The translations under genes were made by a program, and so were the position numbers. This document shows positions 45,595 through 60,441 of a DNA stretch of 64,000 bases, piece after piece. Source of the DNA: Chrysomallon squamiferum (taxonomy: Eukaryota; Animalia; Mollusca); assembly GCA_012295275.1 (NCBI GenBank), contig CM022669.1:6076001-6140000 (forward strand), written 5' to 3'. How positions within the stretch are numbered: the stretch's first letter is position 1; every line of letters begins with the position of its first letter. The notes under the pieces are model-generated. The model did not search any database, was not told the origin of the DNA, and saw only the letters and a list, made by a program, of their open reading frames with translations.

Positions 45595-46035
45595 ATTGTG
45601 ACTTGCTATATCATACGAAGTGACATAATATGATTTATATCCTGACATCATATCGTATCTGACATTATGTGATGGGACATGTTTTATGAGTTATATATGA
45701 TATGAATTTATATGATATATAAATGTTATGATATGATATGAAGTGATATGAAATATGATATTTTGTGATATGCTGTAAGATATAATATGAGTTGATATGA
45801 CGTGGTGTGCCATATTATAAAAAGTGACATGAAATATGATTTAATGAGATATAAAATGATATGCTATGACGTAATATGATTTGCTATGTTATGACGTGAT
45901 GTGGTATAAGTTGTATTGTTATGATATTCTGTTTGCATATGTATGGTATGGTATGGCACAATATGAAGTGACACGACAAAACACATTACAATACGATATG
46001 AAGTGACAGAATGAAACAGTAATTGATATAATGAC
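45595..46035. repeat. Highly degenerate pentamer satellite (ATATG/GTGAC-like)
   Basis: 5-nt periodic atatg, acatg and gtgac units. A similar decayed array lies at ~43330-43560. Confidence 0.65.
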
Positions 46036-46499
46036 ACAACCAGAATTTTGTACGTGCGTCCGTGTAAATGTGAGTGTGTGAGTGCGTGTCTGTGGCCGTG
46101 TCTAAGTGCAAGGCAGAGTGTTTTTTGTCTGTGACAGAGAAAGATTGAAAAAATGAAATTCGTTTTGCAGAACATCTAAATTAGAAGCACTATAAAGGAG
46201 ATTAAAAACGTCTGGTGGTAATGTCATGTTTTGTGTGTAGTAGACTGGGATGATGTTACAGACCGTTATCGATCATTTACTTAGAACCAAAAAAAAAAAA
46301 ATATTTTTTTTTTTTAAAAAAATTCTCTGTGCTGGGGTAAACGAGAAAACATTTTGTGTTGAACAGAGTTCTGTATATTTTCCCACTAAAAAGCCTGTTG
46401 TTCTTGTTATCAGAGAAAAACACCTGTTTTCACTGACCAGTACTGGTTTTACACTTTGATTTGATCTCTTTCTCTCCGTTATTTTGTTCTTTCTTTATG

Positions 46500-46580
<81 letters not shown>

Positions 46581-46824
46581 GTTGACTTTAAGTTTAATGG
46601 ATTTAGTAGAAAAACTAAGTACTTTTTACGCTGATGCCTGTCCACATACCGAACGCTTTTTACGGAAGCTATTTGAATAAAAGAACAGAAATAAAAATAT
46701 GGTTTGAAAAACGTTAGAAAGAAAGCTACCGACTGAATCCATTAGCAGTCAATGAGTGAGTGCCTGCTACATTTTTTAGTATTAACGATCAATAAAACTG
46801 ATTCTCTTACACATAATTATATGA

Positions 46825-47047
46825 GATAGGGAAATTGCTGTCAGCTCACCGCGTGCCACTCTTCTCATTTAGCAGTAATTGATTTTTCTTTTATACCTTC
46901 CCATACACGTGGTAGAATTATATATATATATATAGGCAGACAGACAGACATAGATATAGATACATACATTCAGACATATATATAGGCATACATACATCCA
47001 TTCATACATACAAACTTATATGTAGATCTATGCATATACATACATAC

Positions 47048-47103
<56 letters not shown>

Positions 47104-47170
47104 ATACACATACCAGGACTATTTGCACACCTATCAAAGAGCTCAGGTTATAACAGGAATAATATAACAG
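46825..47170 (-). mobile_element. Degenerate V-SINE-like relic interrupted by a microsatellite block
   Basis: gaaattgctgtc..ccactcttctcatttagcagtaa..ttttataccttcccatacac, and after the repeats cacataccaggactatttgcacacc. It resembles the reverse complement of the V-domain as recalled and the three copies listed below. Confidence 0.5.
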
Positions 47171-48601
47171 ACGTATGTACTACTATAATTGCACGATGTA
47201 CGAAGATTCTAGCTGCGTGTTTACCATTGATTTACATTCAGTTTTATATTCAGTGAGGAGTCCAACATCGTGAAAAGCGATGACCAGAGTCTCTCAGAGT
47301 TCGCTTCAGAAAATACACTATCCTACCAGATTGTTTCAGTCGTGAGAAAAGATGAATAAAATTTGATGACATCCATACAAAAAAAATTCTGTCGATAGAC
47401 AATCAAAGACAAAAGTAGCAGGCTGGTAACGTACGTCATGACTGGTTTTTTGTTTTCCTTCGGGCAACACATAATCCGGCAAATCCGTGATTTTCCGTTA
47501 TGCTTTCAGAAGTGCGCACAGCAGTTAAAAGATGAAAGGATTGCAGTGAGAACATAATTTAACTGACACGCGTGTATTAACCGAGCTGGTTGCTAGAGAA
47601 GGATGTACGCTGGTTACGTACTGGAAAACTGACCTCTAGGTTTTCTGTACTCGTTGCCACTGAACGGTTTGAAACAGTTGTTGTAACAGATTGTGAATTG
47701 TTTTTCTTCAGAAAATATGTTTTATTATCACAGTAATTAGACTCTTTTTTTATCATTTTCGTGTTTCATCATGCAAGTCTACGCTTGACAGAGTTCTATG
47801 TTAGTCAAAAGAAGCTTTGTCCATGGCAGGCATACATGAATACAATCATACAAAAACACTATATGAAACTGTTATTGTTATTTTTTTTTTTTTCTATCAT
47901 TGTTACTACAACTAGTTCTGTTTATATATCTATCCAATTATCTATCTGTCTGTCTGTCTGTCTGCCTGTCTGTTTGTGCATCTATAGCTGTCAGTGTGTC
48001 TGTCTATCTCTCTATATATATCTATATAAATACATCTGTATTTTTAACTTATATAATATATAACTGGATAATATCATTTTACAGAAAATACATATGTTAA
48101 GGCTAACGTAAAAGCAATGGATTCGGTCAATAATTGTACTAAGATACAGAATTAACTCCTTTAATCTGATATTCACCTGGAAGTATTGTTTTACTTCTTA
48201 TTTTGCTTATAATCTTGTTTGACTTCAGAACTGTGAATTATCTGTCATCATCGTCTTCTTCCGTGTCATGTTTATCTAAACGTATACTGTATAGATTCTC
48301 TTTCTTACATCGATAATAATAATATTTACAAGGAGGACAAAATGTTATATCCATATTTGTATGTACGTATCTATTTAAGTATTCATATATCCATGTGTGT
48401 GTGTGTTTATACGTATGTATGAATATATGTTTACACACACACACACACAGGAACACACACACACAGATACATGCATACATGTATGTACATATATGTACAT
48501 ATATTTGTATGGATGTATGTGTATATGTGTGTATATATTATGTATGTTTGTGTGTATGTATGTATACTGTGTGTGTGTTTTTATGTATGCATGCATGTAT
48601 G

Positions 48602-48649
<48 letters not shown>

Positions 48650-48701
48650 TGTGAGTGTGCATGTATGTATATATATGCATACATACATACATATATATAT
48701 A

Positions 48702-48761
<60 letters not shown>

Positions 48762-49449
48762 TACGAAGCAAGCTATTGTGGAAAGTTAGAAAGTCATAGT
48801 TGTTTGAAGTAAAAATAACATCCGCTGTGTTTTAGCACAGTTTGAGAAGTTAGCTGATAAATCGAAAAACAACAAATGACTCAAACTGACGAGTGAACTA
48901 TTACTGCGTCAGTACGTCTGTCAGTGGAATTTCAACTTTTTTAAATGTTAGGTTACAGCTAGAAGGTGTCGAGACAGAGGTTTTGTTGTTAGAAAGAAAT
49001 AACGACAAAGTCTGGCTTGTTGGCGATGATGGACACTAATGATAAAAGTCTCGAAACACGGTTATTTGCTTTAATAAAAACACAACATGTAAATAACGAA
49101 TGTGTCTTGTGAAATGATTTTACAAGAAGAAACTCGTGGCCGCTCTACTGTTGGTTGTTGTTATGGTTATGTGTGTTTGTGTGTGGGGGGGGTTGTTTCT
49201 GTATTTGTTTGGCTGGTTGGTTTGATGTTTTTTTTTTCCTTTGTTTTGTTTGTTGTGCTTTTTTTGTTGTTATTTGTTCGTTTTTGTTGTGTTTTGTTTT
49301 GTGGTTTGGTTCTGGTTTTTGTAATATTATTGGGTTTTGTTATATTTATTTAATTAGTTAGATAGTTTTGGGGTGTTTGTTTTTATTTTGTATCATGGTA
49401 CATATGCTTTAGAAGTTATTGTGTTGTTGTTTATAAATGATATCGTAAA

Positions 49450-49595
49450 AGAGAAAAACCACTGACTCAACAACTGAAGTAATAATTACCTATTAGCAGC
49501 AAGAAATCTCACAAATATAACTTCCTATATAGCGGAAACTTATATACAGCAACCTTTGACAAACTGCCAGGAGACACAGGGTGGAACTGGAAACA
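49450..49595 (-). mobile_element. Degenerate V-SINE-like relic
   Basis: gagaaaaaccactg..ctattagcagcaagaaatct..cttcctatatag..cagcaacctttgacaaactg..ggaactggaaac. Confidence 0.5.
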
Positions 49596-50656
49596 GTGGA
49601 AACGTGTTAAGACGAAGTGCTTGTACCCACGAGACTACAGTTAGCTGACTGTTTGTCCAAAGTAAGCGAGAACTGTTAAGTGTTTTAAACAATAAATAAA
49701 GTGAGAAGCCATCTTGAAACCAAGAATATTTGTCTTATCCTAATTTACGATGATGAACTAATACGGTAATCTAAAGAGACAGAATATAAAAGTGTTTTAT
49801 GACTCGTAGGGGATGGAGTCTTTGGCTGAACACATCGTTAAATGAAATATTTTTTTTTTTTCTTCCAGACTTTGTGTTAGTGGACAGCAGTAATCTTGTT
49901 CTATCTTCATCCAAATCTTTATTTCATAAGAGTAGATATAGTGGATAACAGTTATCACATTTTATCTTCATTTTCTTCATTATTTTCTTCTTTTTTTTTT
50001 TTTTTTTTTTCATCCCCCGTTTATTCTGAAAACGCAGTAAGAAGGAAAACAAAAAAGAGAAAGGAAAACAAAAATACATCAAGTTAGAAAAACAGCATCA
50101 TTGTCGCTTCAGTAGAACGCCTACTCATGACGTCAATTATTTTCAACAAATTCCGCCGAATTTGACACTTTTTTTTTTCACGGAACAGCTCGAGCGCTTG
50201 GCGTGTGTGTGTGTGGGGTGGGGGGGGGGGATATAACGACCTGGCTGGTGACGATGGCTTACACAAAGTTGTCGCGATGGAAACCGTAGCAAAGCTACTT
50301 TATGTCACGTTAATGGATTGGTGTAACTCGTGCAACATGGCCACCGTCGTCTTAATGCTCCATCACATAACACCCAGCAATCAGTCTGAAGCGTACAGCG
50401 TTTTCTCAACTTCCTCGAAGACGTCGTTAGCTTTGTGTGCTGGCGTTCTGAAGAGACCACGTTCTGTGTTTTTTTTATTATTCGACAGTCTAGGATTGAT
50501 TGCCCGAAAACAAACAAAAAAACAAAAAACACAGGCGTAAAATGAAATAAAATAAGACAAAGAAGGAGAAAAAAAAGAGAAGAAAACAGTATGAAGAAAG
50601 AAAGAAAACAAAAAGGAGAGTGAAACATAAAAGGAAAGAATTACAGTTTTAAACTA

Positions 50657-50731
50657 TTTGGCGTCATATCTAATTATGGCGGCATACATAATTATGGCGT
50701 CATATATAATTATGGCGCCATACATAATTAT
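50657..50731. repeat. 4 x 18-bp tandem repeat TATGGCGNCATAYATAAT
   Basis: Units start at 50657, 50675, 50693 and 50711. Confidence 0.9.
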
Positions 50732-51344
50732 AACCAAACACTATTCATTAAATCCGAGAGGAAAGCCATTCAGCTATATGATACACTGTTATTTTTAAAA
50801 ATTTGTTTTTGTCGACAGCTACCAGATAATTTGTCATCCGCTTGTTTCCATAGTCAGGAAAATACAAATCATACAGTTTGTAAAAACAAGTACTGATCAG
50901 GATGTAACAATGTAAAACTATGCATAGTATAAATAAATGTAATAACAAAACTGTGTTATAAATTACCAAAAGCAGGTTGCAGTATTTTCACACTATTTCA
51001 AACACAGATATATCTAATTCATAAATCTATGTTATAAGCTGCATGCATGTAAAGAAGTAAACATTTATCGCCTTTTTAATTTTGTTCATCAATTTTCATA
51101 ATGTTATTGACTATCAGTCCATAGGTCAAACTCCATATGAATCTCACCCGATCCAGCAATAATATCTAATTACCTGCAGTTAAATAAGAAAGATAATTAA
51201 AACAAATTGCATCATAAACGGAAATATCTATAAAATGTATTCGTCTCATTAAGACAAAAAAAAAAAAAATGAAACATGTTTCATTTTCCTCACCTACATG
51301 ACGTAATGTGACGTAATACCACTGGTTAATAACTGGTTAACAAA

Positions 51345-51560
51345 TAGAAACACGAGATCCCACCGCAATGCCAGGTGATTCTCCTTTGTGATCATTTGCA
51401 TAGAAACGTTTATATGTACCATTCATGTAAACAGGAAAGCATATATTTCACAGCCTTTGATAAACTAGTCGTGGAGGACTGGCTAGACCGGGAAATAGGT
51501 CAGTCGGCCCAGTTAGAACTGATCCTGCCATCCATTATGTGTTCAGGAGCTTATACTCAG
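51345..51560 (-). mobile_element. Degenerate V-SINE-like relic (best preserved)
   Basis: tttatatgtaccattcatgtaaacaggaaagcatatatttcacagcctttgataaactagtcgtggaggactggctagaccgggaaatag..gatcctgccatccat. Confidence 0.6.
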
Positions 51561-51632
51561 TCTGTATATATCAGAGCAGCTTCCAGTTATGACTGCACAA
51601 ATATCTCGAGATGAGATAACCAAAAAAAAAAA

Positions 51633-51668
<36 letters not shown>

Positions 51669-53264
51669 CTAAAATAAGAGGCACGTTTCTCATGGAAATA
51701 ACTTGGTTGACAGAATCAGTCTTCTTGAAAAATTCTTCGATATAAAATTGATTCAGTATTGGAAAATCTGAAAAATGATTGTTTCGTTGGCTATTAAATG
51801 TTAATGAAAATCATCCTAACATGTTAAGGAAAACGAATAATTCCTTGGTTCCTTGCCGACCGTTGGCATTTACATTAAGTCCTGGGTGAAGACTTGGTTA
51901 CAAATGGACGTTGTTTTTTCCAGCTGGTCTCTTGTAGCCACTGTGTCAGTGTTGTCTCTCGTCTGAAAAAAAAAAAAAAAAAAAAAAAAAGGATAAGGAA
52001 AAGGAAAAGAAAAAAGAAAGAAGAAGTGGAAGAAAGATCAAATTACTTTTCAAATATTATTGGAAAAGTAATCATTCTTAAAAAGTTGTTCGATAGGATT
52101 AGATTATCACGTGTGGCTCAAATGATGAATGTGAAATTTTTGAAATATTTAATTATCAAAGCTATCAAAAGTCATAAATAAAACATTTGAGAAAGTATCT
52201 GTATTTTTTATTTTATTTTTTTTTTATGTTATTTTTTTTTTTTTTATTTTTATTTTTTTTTTATTATTATTTATTTATTTCCCACATGGAAAAGGAATTA
52301 CCATTCAAAATTATCCGTTAAAGTTGTACAAGATTACAATTATTTAAAACTGTTCAGATTAGAGCTCAAAGCTGAATGTTCCAGAAAGAATTCCCTTCAA
52401 GATGTCTACATGATAATTTCTTTCCCTGTCAAAAGTCAAGGTATGTGTTTCTCTGTTTCTAGGAAGATGCAAATGGACGGCCCTTTGTTGCTAACATTTA
52501 TGGTGTAGTTCAATGTATGACATCAGTCACTGACTCATTATACGTAAGGTCAATGACCTAATGTATGTCGCAACAATAAAAAACGTGTTCAAATAAAACA
52601 TTTCTTCCCTTCTTTTGAAATTAGATTTTAAATAACGACTGCATGTAAACGTGTGAAAATGTAATTTCGTTTGACATTTCATTTACCTCGCATTCACGAC
52701 AAACAATTAAATTAGATCTGTGAATGTGACTGACAAAAAGCCCACGTTACTTTGAGTTAAAAGAACACTTTCTGTTAACTGCTTTCGCCGACATGTTACG
52801 AAACTTCGAGGTTACCGGATCGAATGACATTTACTGACTCTGTACAAAAATATATAATTATAAAAAAAAAATCATGACGCTGATTATAATGGATGACGAT
52901 AATGATTTATTATGATTAATGACTGATGATGATGATAATATTATTGTTGTTGTTATCTGAACTGCCTGTCCAAGCTGAATTAGTTTTCCTGTGTTTGATT
53001 AGTATTAGATAGAAAAGAGAGTTATTGGATTAGAAAGAAGTGAATATTGTGTTAATGTGTTGGAATATTAAACAATATGATTTTGGTTTTAGTTACAGAG
53101 AAGAGAAGATATGGTAGGATTATACTTTCGCTAATTAATTGTGTGGACAAGTCTATCTTCTTTCTGAGAAGTCACCAGACTTAAGGCTGAATGTTTATGC
53201 ACTGTGCCATCAATTCTGATCTCATTTCGAAAGGCACTCTTTTTTCATTCTTTCTTTCCTTACA

Positions 53265-53306
<42 letters not shown>

Positions 53307-54829
53307 CAATAAATTATATGTGTACTTTGTATCGGGTGACGAAGTTCAAAGGTGCAGTTAAAATACACAACAAAATCTTCCTCGGTAAATAGAGTTTCTA
53401 CGTACAACTACAATGATTTATGGTTGTTTTGTGATGTCTGTCGGGTGAAACCAGCCTCCTTAGTGCATGATAGATTGCGATTTGCTGAGGAGAGAGGGTT
53501 AATGAACAAGTTTTCATTTTAGCCAGATAGTTCCGTGTCGAAAAACCGTAGATTTTTTCAGTTCATCCAAACTTGTTTACAAAGATAAATGATACCCCAA
53601 GTCAAAAAAAATTCACTGAAGACGTAAGGAAAAAATATTACTTTGACCTTTTAAACAATCAAATATTGACTGAGATATACACGGGCCGCATGAATATACA
53701 TGTTAGTGAGAGTGTGTGCTCGCGCGCGTGCGCATATGTCTGTGGGTATGTGGAGGTATATGTGTTAGATGTGCATGAGAATAAAGATTTTAATTTTTTT
53801 ATTCAATAATCTTGCAGGCTGTTCGTTTCAGTTTACACCATTCCGATACTGATAATGAATTAAACAATGACGTAAGTCATGGAATGCAAGTATGCATGTC
53901 ATTAGTACAGTCTCTCTATATTTCAGTCAGTTCTGACACAGATAGGATACTCACTATAAATATATTCATATCTAACAGCTGGATATCCACAGTGTTAATA
54001 TACATTTATTTGCACATAAGAGGAAAATTTTACTGTATCTATAGCACAATAAATAGCCCTACTGGGAGCTATCGTCATTTAAGTACTAACAACGTAAGAT
54101 CAAATGAACTCCCCAGACTAGACGTTTATATATAAAATTAACGTGCTACTTAAGCACATTACTACAGTTAGAGTTTACTGTGACAGCGCCAGCGTACGTC
54201 AATTTGATTAAGAGAGAACAATACTCAGAATTAAACACAGACGACGTTTTCATTGATGAAACCCGTCTGTTGTGACGTAACGGACACCATGTCCGTCGCG
54301 CCTTTGCGTGTTACGGATACAGGAATTCTGTCAGTCTTCATCGCGACGGACAAAACACAGATGGGTGTTTGGTTGCGAACGATGGTGTTAACCTCTGTTG
54401 TATTCGTGTGATGGGATTATCAGGTATATAAGTAAATTGGTTTTATAGCGAACGATCAAAGACAAATAGCTGATGAAGATAACACGGTTATAAATATGTC
54501 TGAACGATTTTATGTTTAGCATGATCTATTTAATTAGATGTGTCAGTGTCTGAATTGTTCTGTGGATCTATGTATATAATGTATGGATGTATGGATGGAT
54601 GGATGGATGGATGGATGGATGGATGGATGGATGGATGCTTGACGTATCAATGTATGTACATTTATATAGCTTCCTTCCCAGTAACAAACGCAACGAAGAA
54701 AGATGGATATTTAAACAATGAGTAGGTTTAGAGATAAATTAATGTAGCTGAATATCTGAAGTCAGTAAATGCTATCATACTAATAATGTTACTTTGGTAT
54801 AATCGTAACATCTTGTTGACTAGTATCAC

Positions 54830-54970
54830 TTAATCTTCCTACAGATAGGGAAGCATGTACCTCAGTCTTTTGGTGGGCAGGAGCAGTGGTTGGAACTGTA
54901 AAATCAAAAGGTCCGCTTTATCAGTGCTGTAATTTATCAGATCTTAGGCAAACCTTCTACCACTGAGCGT
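54830..54970 (-). mobile_element. Degenerate V-SINE-like relic including the tRNA-head A-box end
   Basis: cttcctacagatagggaagcatgtacctcagtctttt..ggagcagtggttggaac..tctaccactgagcg. The reverse complement GCTCAGTGGTAGA is A-box-like. Confidence 0.55.
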
Positions 54971-56456
54971 CAACAGTAAAAGTATTATTATTATTATTAT
55001 TATTATTGTGTTGTTGTTAGTTTTGGGGGAGGTTTTTGTTGTTTCTGTTTTTGAAACTATGTATCTTCCTTAATATACCGTAATTTAAATTAAAAGAAAT
55101 AGTAAAATGAAAAACAAAAGTAATCAAAGATGAAAAAAAGAATAGCACAGTACTCATATATATATATATATGAGTACAATTGCTACTGTTTATCAAAAAA
55201 TATAAAATAAACCCATCAGGACAAACATCAACGTCTTCGGAGGTTGCGACAACAACGACGACGATGTTATTTTTCCTTGTGTAATATCGCTTCGGTCCAA
55301 GTACAGACATTAAGGTCAAAAAATGAATCACAAACATAAATTACAACATGTTGCTTTTTACGTAAATTGTGCCAGTATGATATTTGAGAATTCAGGAAGA
55401 GAGATACTATTATAAAAAAAAAAATTGTGATATAATGAAAAAACGAAATAAAAACTGTGTGGGTGTTATGAAATACTTAAGTTTTGTAATTATTGGTTAT
55501 TTTAGAAAAGATTTCATCTGTTTTCTTGCATGTGTATTTAGGGCATGTCTCAGAGCCGGAAATGAATTTCTAATGAAAGTGATGTCTGTCATGATGTTTG
55601 TCTTGAAGTCGAATGTATTTAATTGAAATGTCCTAAGATTAATTTGTAATTTGTCAAATATTTAAATTACTTTTCTTTTCTTTTTCCTTTTTTCTTTTTC
55701 TTTTATCTTTTTATTTATTTTTAATTTAAAAAAAAATATATATATATATTTTTATTTTTTTTATTTTTATTTTTTTTTATTATCTGTCCATAATTCGAAT
55801 ATGCTAAGAAAATTATTTTAAATTTTGTGTTATTTCTTTGGATAGACATATATACATATATTTTACTTTAATTTTGTTTAACTTTATTTATTTATTCATC
55901 CATTCATTTACTTATTTATTTATTTACTTATCTACTGACTTTCTTACTTATTTTGTTATATATTTATTTATTTATTTATTTATTTATTAACATTTTAATT
56001 CATTCATTTATTTACTTACTTACTTTCATAAATTCGTATAAAAATTATATAAATATATTTGTTCAGAAAAAAAATAACTAAATTTTTAATGATGTTCCCA
56101 ATATCTGAGGATCCTAGTTTCACCAGTGTGCCTTTAAGTAGACCCCAGGGATTTGAAGTGGCAGTGTTTTCAGACAGTAAGTAATTTATTTCAGGAAGTG
56201 ACGGGCTTATATACATCGCTGACCTTTTCAGCAAGATATTAACATCATTTGTGGATAAAAATCTAACCCAAAAGACGTTACGAGTGCCCGTAATTTGTCA
56301 TATTTCATCTTACAGAATTACCCAGCGGCTTCTGTGAAAAATGACGTTACAATGTGACGTTGTTGTTGGCGACATTCGTCGTCTGACTTCCCCAAGCGGT
56401 TCATCGCATTGTCAGAAATAAACAGTTTAGTGTGAGAATAATATTTGTTTGTTTGT

Positions 56457-56495
<39 letters not shown>

Positions 56496-57015
56496 TATTT
56501 ATTTATTTATTCATTTATACGTTTATTCTTTCTTTCATTTATTTATTTGATTCATTTATTTATTTATTTATTTATTTATTCTTTCATTTATTCTTTCATT
56601 TATTTATTTATTTTTTTTTTTTTTTTTTATTTATTTATTTATTTATTTTTTTATTTATTTATTTAATACCATTGCTCGAACTCTTTGACCTTAAACACTG
56701 ATAGTGCATCAGAACTGGTCAATAACAGCATCCCTGGTTCGACTCTGATTTGGAAAATTTAATCAAAAAAAAACATGTTAGGAGATTTATCTTGTTCTCC
56801 CTCCCACAACACCCCCAGAATAGCTGTCAAATTTAATAGTTGCGATTTTGAAAAATGTCTTCTTAGAGAACTTAATGATCCTAACTTGATCCTATATTAG
56901 TTTTGAAAAATTGTAGAAGACAAAGCTAACATTTGGTTGTTTTTTTTCTTTTCAAGCGAGTTGAACTTTATAATTGGTTTCTTCTTCTATTACTTTTTAT
57001 TTTATTTATTATTCT

Positions 57016-57101
57016 TATATTATATTATATTATATTATATTATATTATATTATATTATATTATATTATATTATATTATATTATATTATATTATATTATAT
57101 T
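57016..57101. repeat. (TATAT)n pentanucleotide repeat
   Basis: About 17 perfect units. Confidence 0.95.
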
Positions 57102-58877
57102 ATTTTATAATATTATTGTATTATACATATATAGTTGCTGCTTGTTGTTACTCCACGAAAATCATTAACACTGATAATTAAATCTTATTATTGTGTTTCT
57201 ATTTTTATTATTTCGTCAACAAAATAAGACAACAAATTTTAATTAGATTATTATAATTGTTTTATTATATTTTGTTATATTATTATATTGGAAACATATA
57301 CATACATACATACATACATACATACATACATACATACATACATACATACATACATACATACAATACATACAATACATACATATATAAATACATACTTATA
57401 TATACATACATACATACAGACATACATACATACATACATACATACAATACATACATTACATCAACTTACTATGTATACATCTCTCTATATGTATATATAT
57501 ATATACACACACACACGCACGCACGTACATACGTACATACGTACAGAGAGAGACGTAAACATAGACAGATAAGTGGACGGATCAACAGAGAAGGTGAGAG
57601 AGGGAGAAATAAAGGAGGAAAGAAAGAATGAAAGCTAAAAGATCTAAGGAAGTTAAAGAAAGTAGAAAAAGGAAGACGGAGGGATATGAAAGAAAGACAT
57701 CATCAAATTGAACAACAGAAGCACGAAAAGGGAAAACAGCAAAATAATGACAGAAATGATTACTTCTTCCGGCATCATCACTGAATTGACACTCGCTCTT
57801 TGTCGTAACGCCTCAAACAGCGAGAAATTCTAATCAGTGAAAGAAAACGTGATTCTCCGCTGCAGATAATACATATATATATATATATATATATGTATAT
57901 ATTATATAAGTAATATGTGTTACTTATTGCTGCGCGTACTTTTAACTATTTACCGATACAAAATGTATTCCTGCAGTGACGTAAATCCTGCTGTTTTGTA
58001 ACAGCGGGTAATTTTTTCTCAGTGAAACAGAACGTGTAAATGGTTTCTACAGCTGCTTTTCAGTTTGATGAAATCTCTCTGATCACTCAGAACGTCATGC
58101 TTAGAAAGAAATTCTCCCTGGAGAGAGTTTTCCCCTCAAACCGCGATCTCTTGTTCAGATTATACTGTTTTACGCTAAATTTAAACACTCAGAGTATTCC
58201 CCAGTACGCGATCTGCTATAAGATATAATATTAAAATAACAAAAATTGCAAAAAAAAACATACGCAAACTCTATAGTTATTCTGATCATTCAGAAGATAA
58301 TGTTTTCTCTTGCATTTGCAACCCTTGTTTTAATTATTATTTATCAAATAAACCAATGGGAATTTTCAAATAGCCCCACGCCACACACAAAAAAATGATA
58401 AAATGTTATCATTGCTTTCAACAAAAGAGAATTACAGAGGAAATATAATGGAAAACGTTTTGTTTGGTCCTGATAGGTGCAGTGGAGACTGGGTTTAGAA
58501 AAGAAGCAACACGTGAACATGTGTTTAAAAAGTTATACTACATATGTACATACATACATACATACATACATACATACATACACATGTACATACAAAAGTA
58601 CGTACATACAAACATACATACAGATATATATATATACACATACGTACATGCAGATGTACATATATACAAACGTACATACAGATATAAATACACACGTACA
58701 TACATATATACATGCAAACGTACATACATACATACTTACATACATACAAACATATATACATACATATATACCTACATACATAGATAGATACATACGTACG
58801 TACGTACCTACGTACATACATATATACAGAAGGAGAAATTGAGTCTCTCTCTCTTTCTCTCAGTGTCTATCTCTCTC

Positions 58878-58932
<55 letters not shown>

Positions 58933-59934
58933 ATTTATCTCTCTCTCTCTTTCTCTGTCTGTTTGTCTGTCTCTGTCGCTCTCTCTAATACTGTTATTAA
59001 ACTGATTTTAATATTTACTACTATGTATAGGAAATAAGGACTAGCACAGTAATAACGCAATAACCAGCTGTTTACGAAAACGCAAAGAATAATAAATGAT
59101 ACAATGCATTTTAAAACCAAAAAAAACAACCACATTATTACGTAAACCACTAGCATCAGATGGACTGAAGAAATTAACATTATCTTTATGAGAAAAACAA
59201 CAAAAAAAACAACAACAAAAAAAACTAAATAAAAATTCATATCATGTATGTTATCAATTCCGAGATGAGCTAGACGGACTTAATGTCAGTATTGTGGAAT
59301 TAACATCAGGTTTACATCGATTGTTTTCTGCACGGGCCAGTATCATTAGATCTCCTGACTTCGTAACTGATTCAGAAGAAACAGTTTTGCCAACGCATTC
59401 ATACATGGATGAGAAACATGCAAGCGAAAAAGGAATTAATGGCTGATGCCGTTTTAAATAACAATTTCTTTGTCGGTATTTGCGACTTTGGGGATTTTAA
59501 AATGGCGTCTGACGTCTTGTTATAGATTAGTGTCAAACTGTTTTGACTTTCTTATTCTTCTTTTCTGCGTATTATCTTGTTTTCAATTACTTTTCTTTCT
59601 TTTTTTTTGTCAAAACAGATACATCCATCGTTATTATGCATATTTACATTCATGCATGTCAACGATTAATTCTTGTTTTCTTTTTTGTTCTAGTAATATT
59701 TTTTTTTTTTTTTTTTTATTTTTTTTTTTTGTTACCTTTTATATTCTCCGTTATTTTACTATTATTTTATTTTCATTCTGTAATGTTTCTTTTACTATCA
59801 TTTTTAATTTTATTATATTTCTATTTCATTGTTTCTCTATGAGTGTGGGTATGGGAGTGTATGCTTGCGTGTGTGTGGTTATTATTACTGCCTATATGTT
59901 TAAGCTGCTTCCCTTGCTGCTTCTACTTCTACGT

Positions 59935-59969
<35 letters not shown>

Positions 59970-60390
59970 ATTATTATTATTAGTAGTAGTAGTAGTAGTA
60001 TTATACTACAATTGTCATCAACATAAGCATCATCGTCTTGTATTGGTGTAAATGTGTTATCTCGCATCTATTCCATGTCTGTGAGTTTAACATCCGTGTG
60101 AAACAAACTGTGAACTAATCTCACAATGTACGTGACCTGGCATACAAAAAGACTGCGACCAAATCTAAACCTGAAATGTAGCATATGTCGCTGGCGATTC
60201 TCCGGAGAGCAGATGGAATCATCTATCACAAGTCAGATGACGGAACTTCCTGTTTGCTCAGAAGTAAAAACCTGAGTCTCTTGTACTTTACAAATTAGCA
60301 AAGGTCCCCAAAGTACCGGCGAATAATTATTATCATTTCGCTGGGGTTTTTTTTATGAATAATGTCATATGTAAATGTGGGTGCATGCAT

Positions 60391-60441
<51 letters not shown>

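Noticed and set aside
51047-51059. 13-nt match (ATGTAAAGAAGTA) to mature miR-1
   Set aside because: The seed GGAAUGU is not intact and no complementary hairpin arm is visible.
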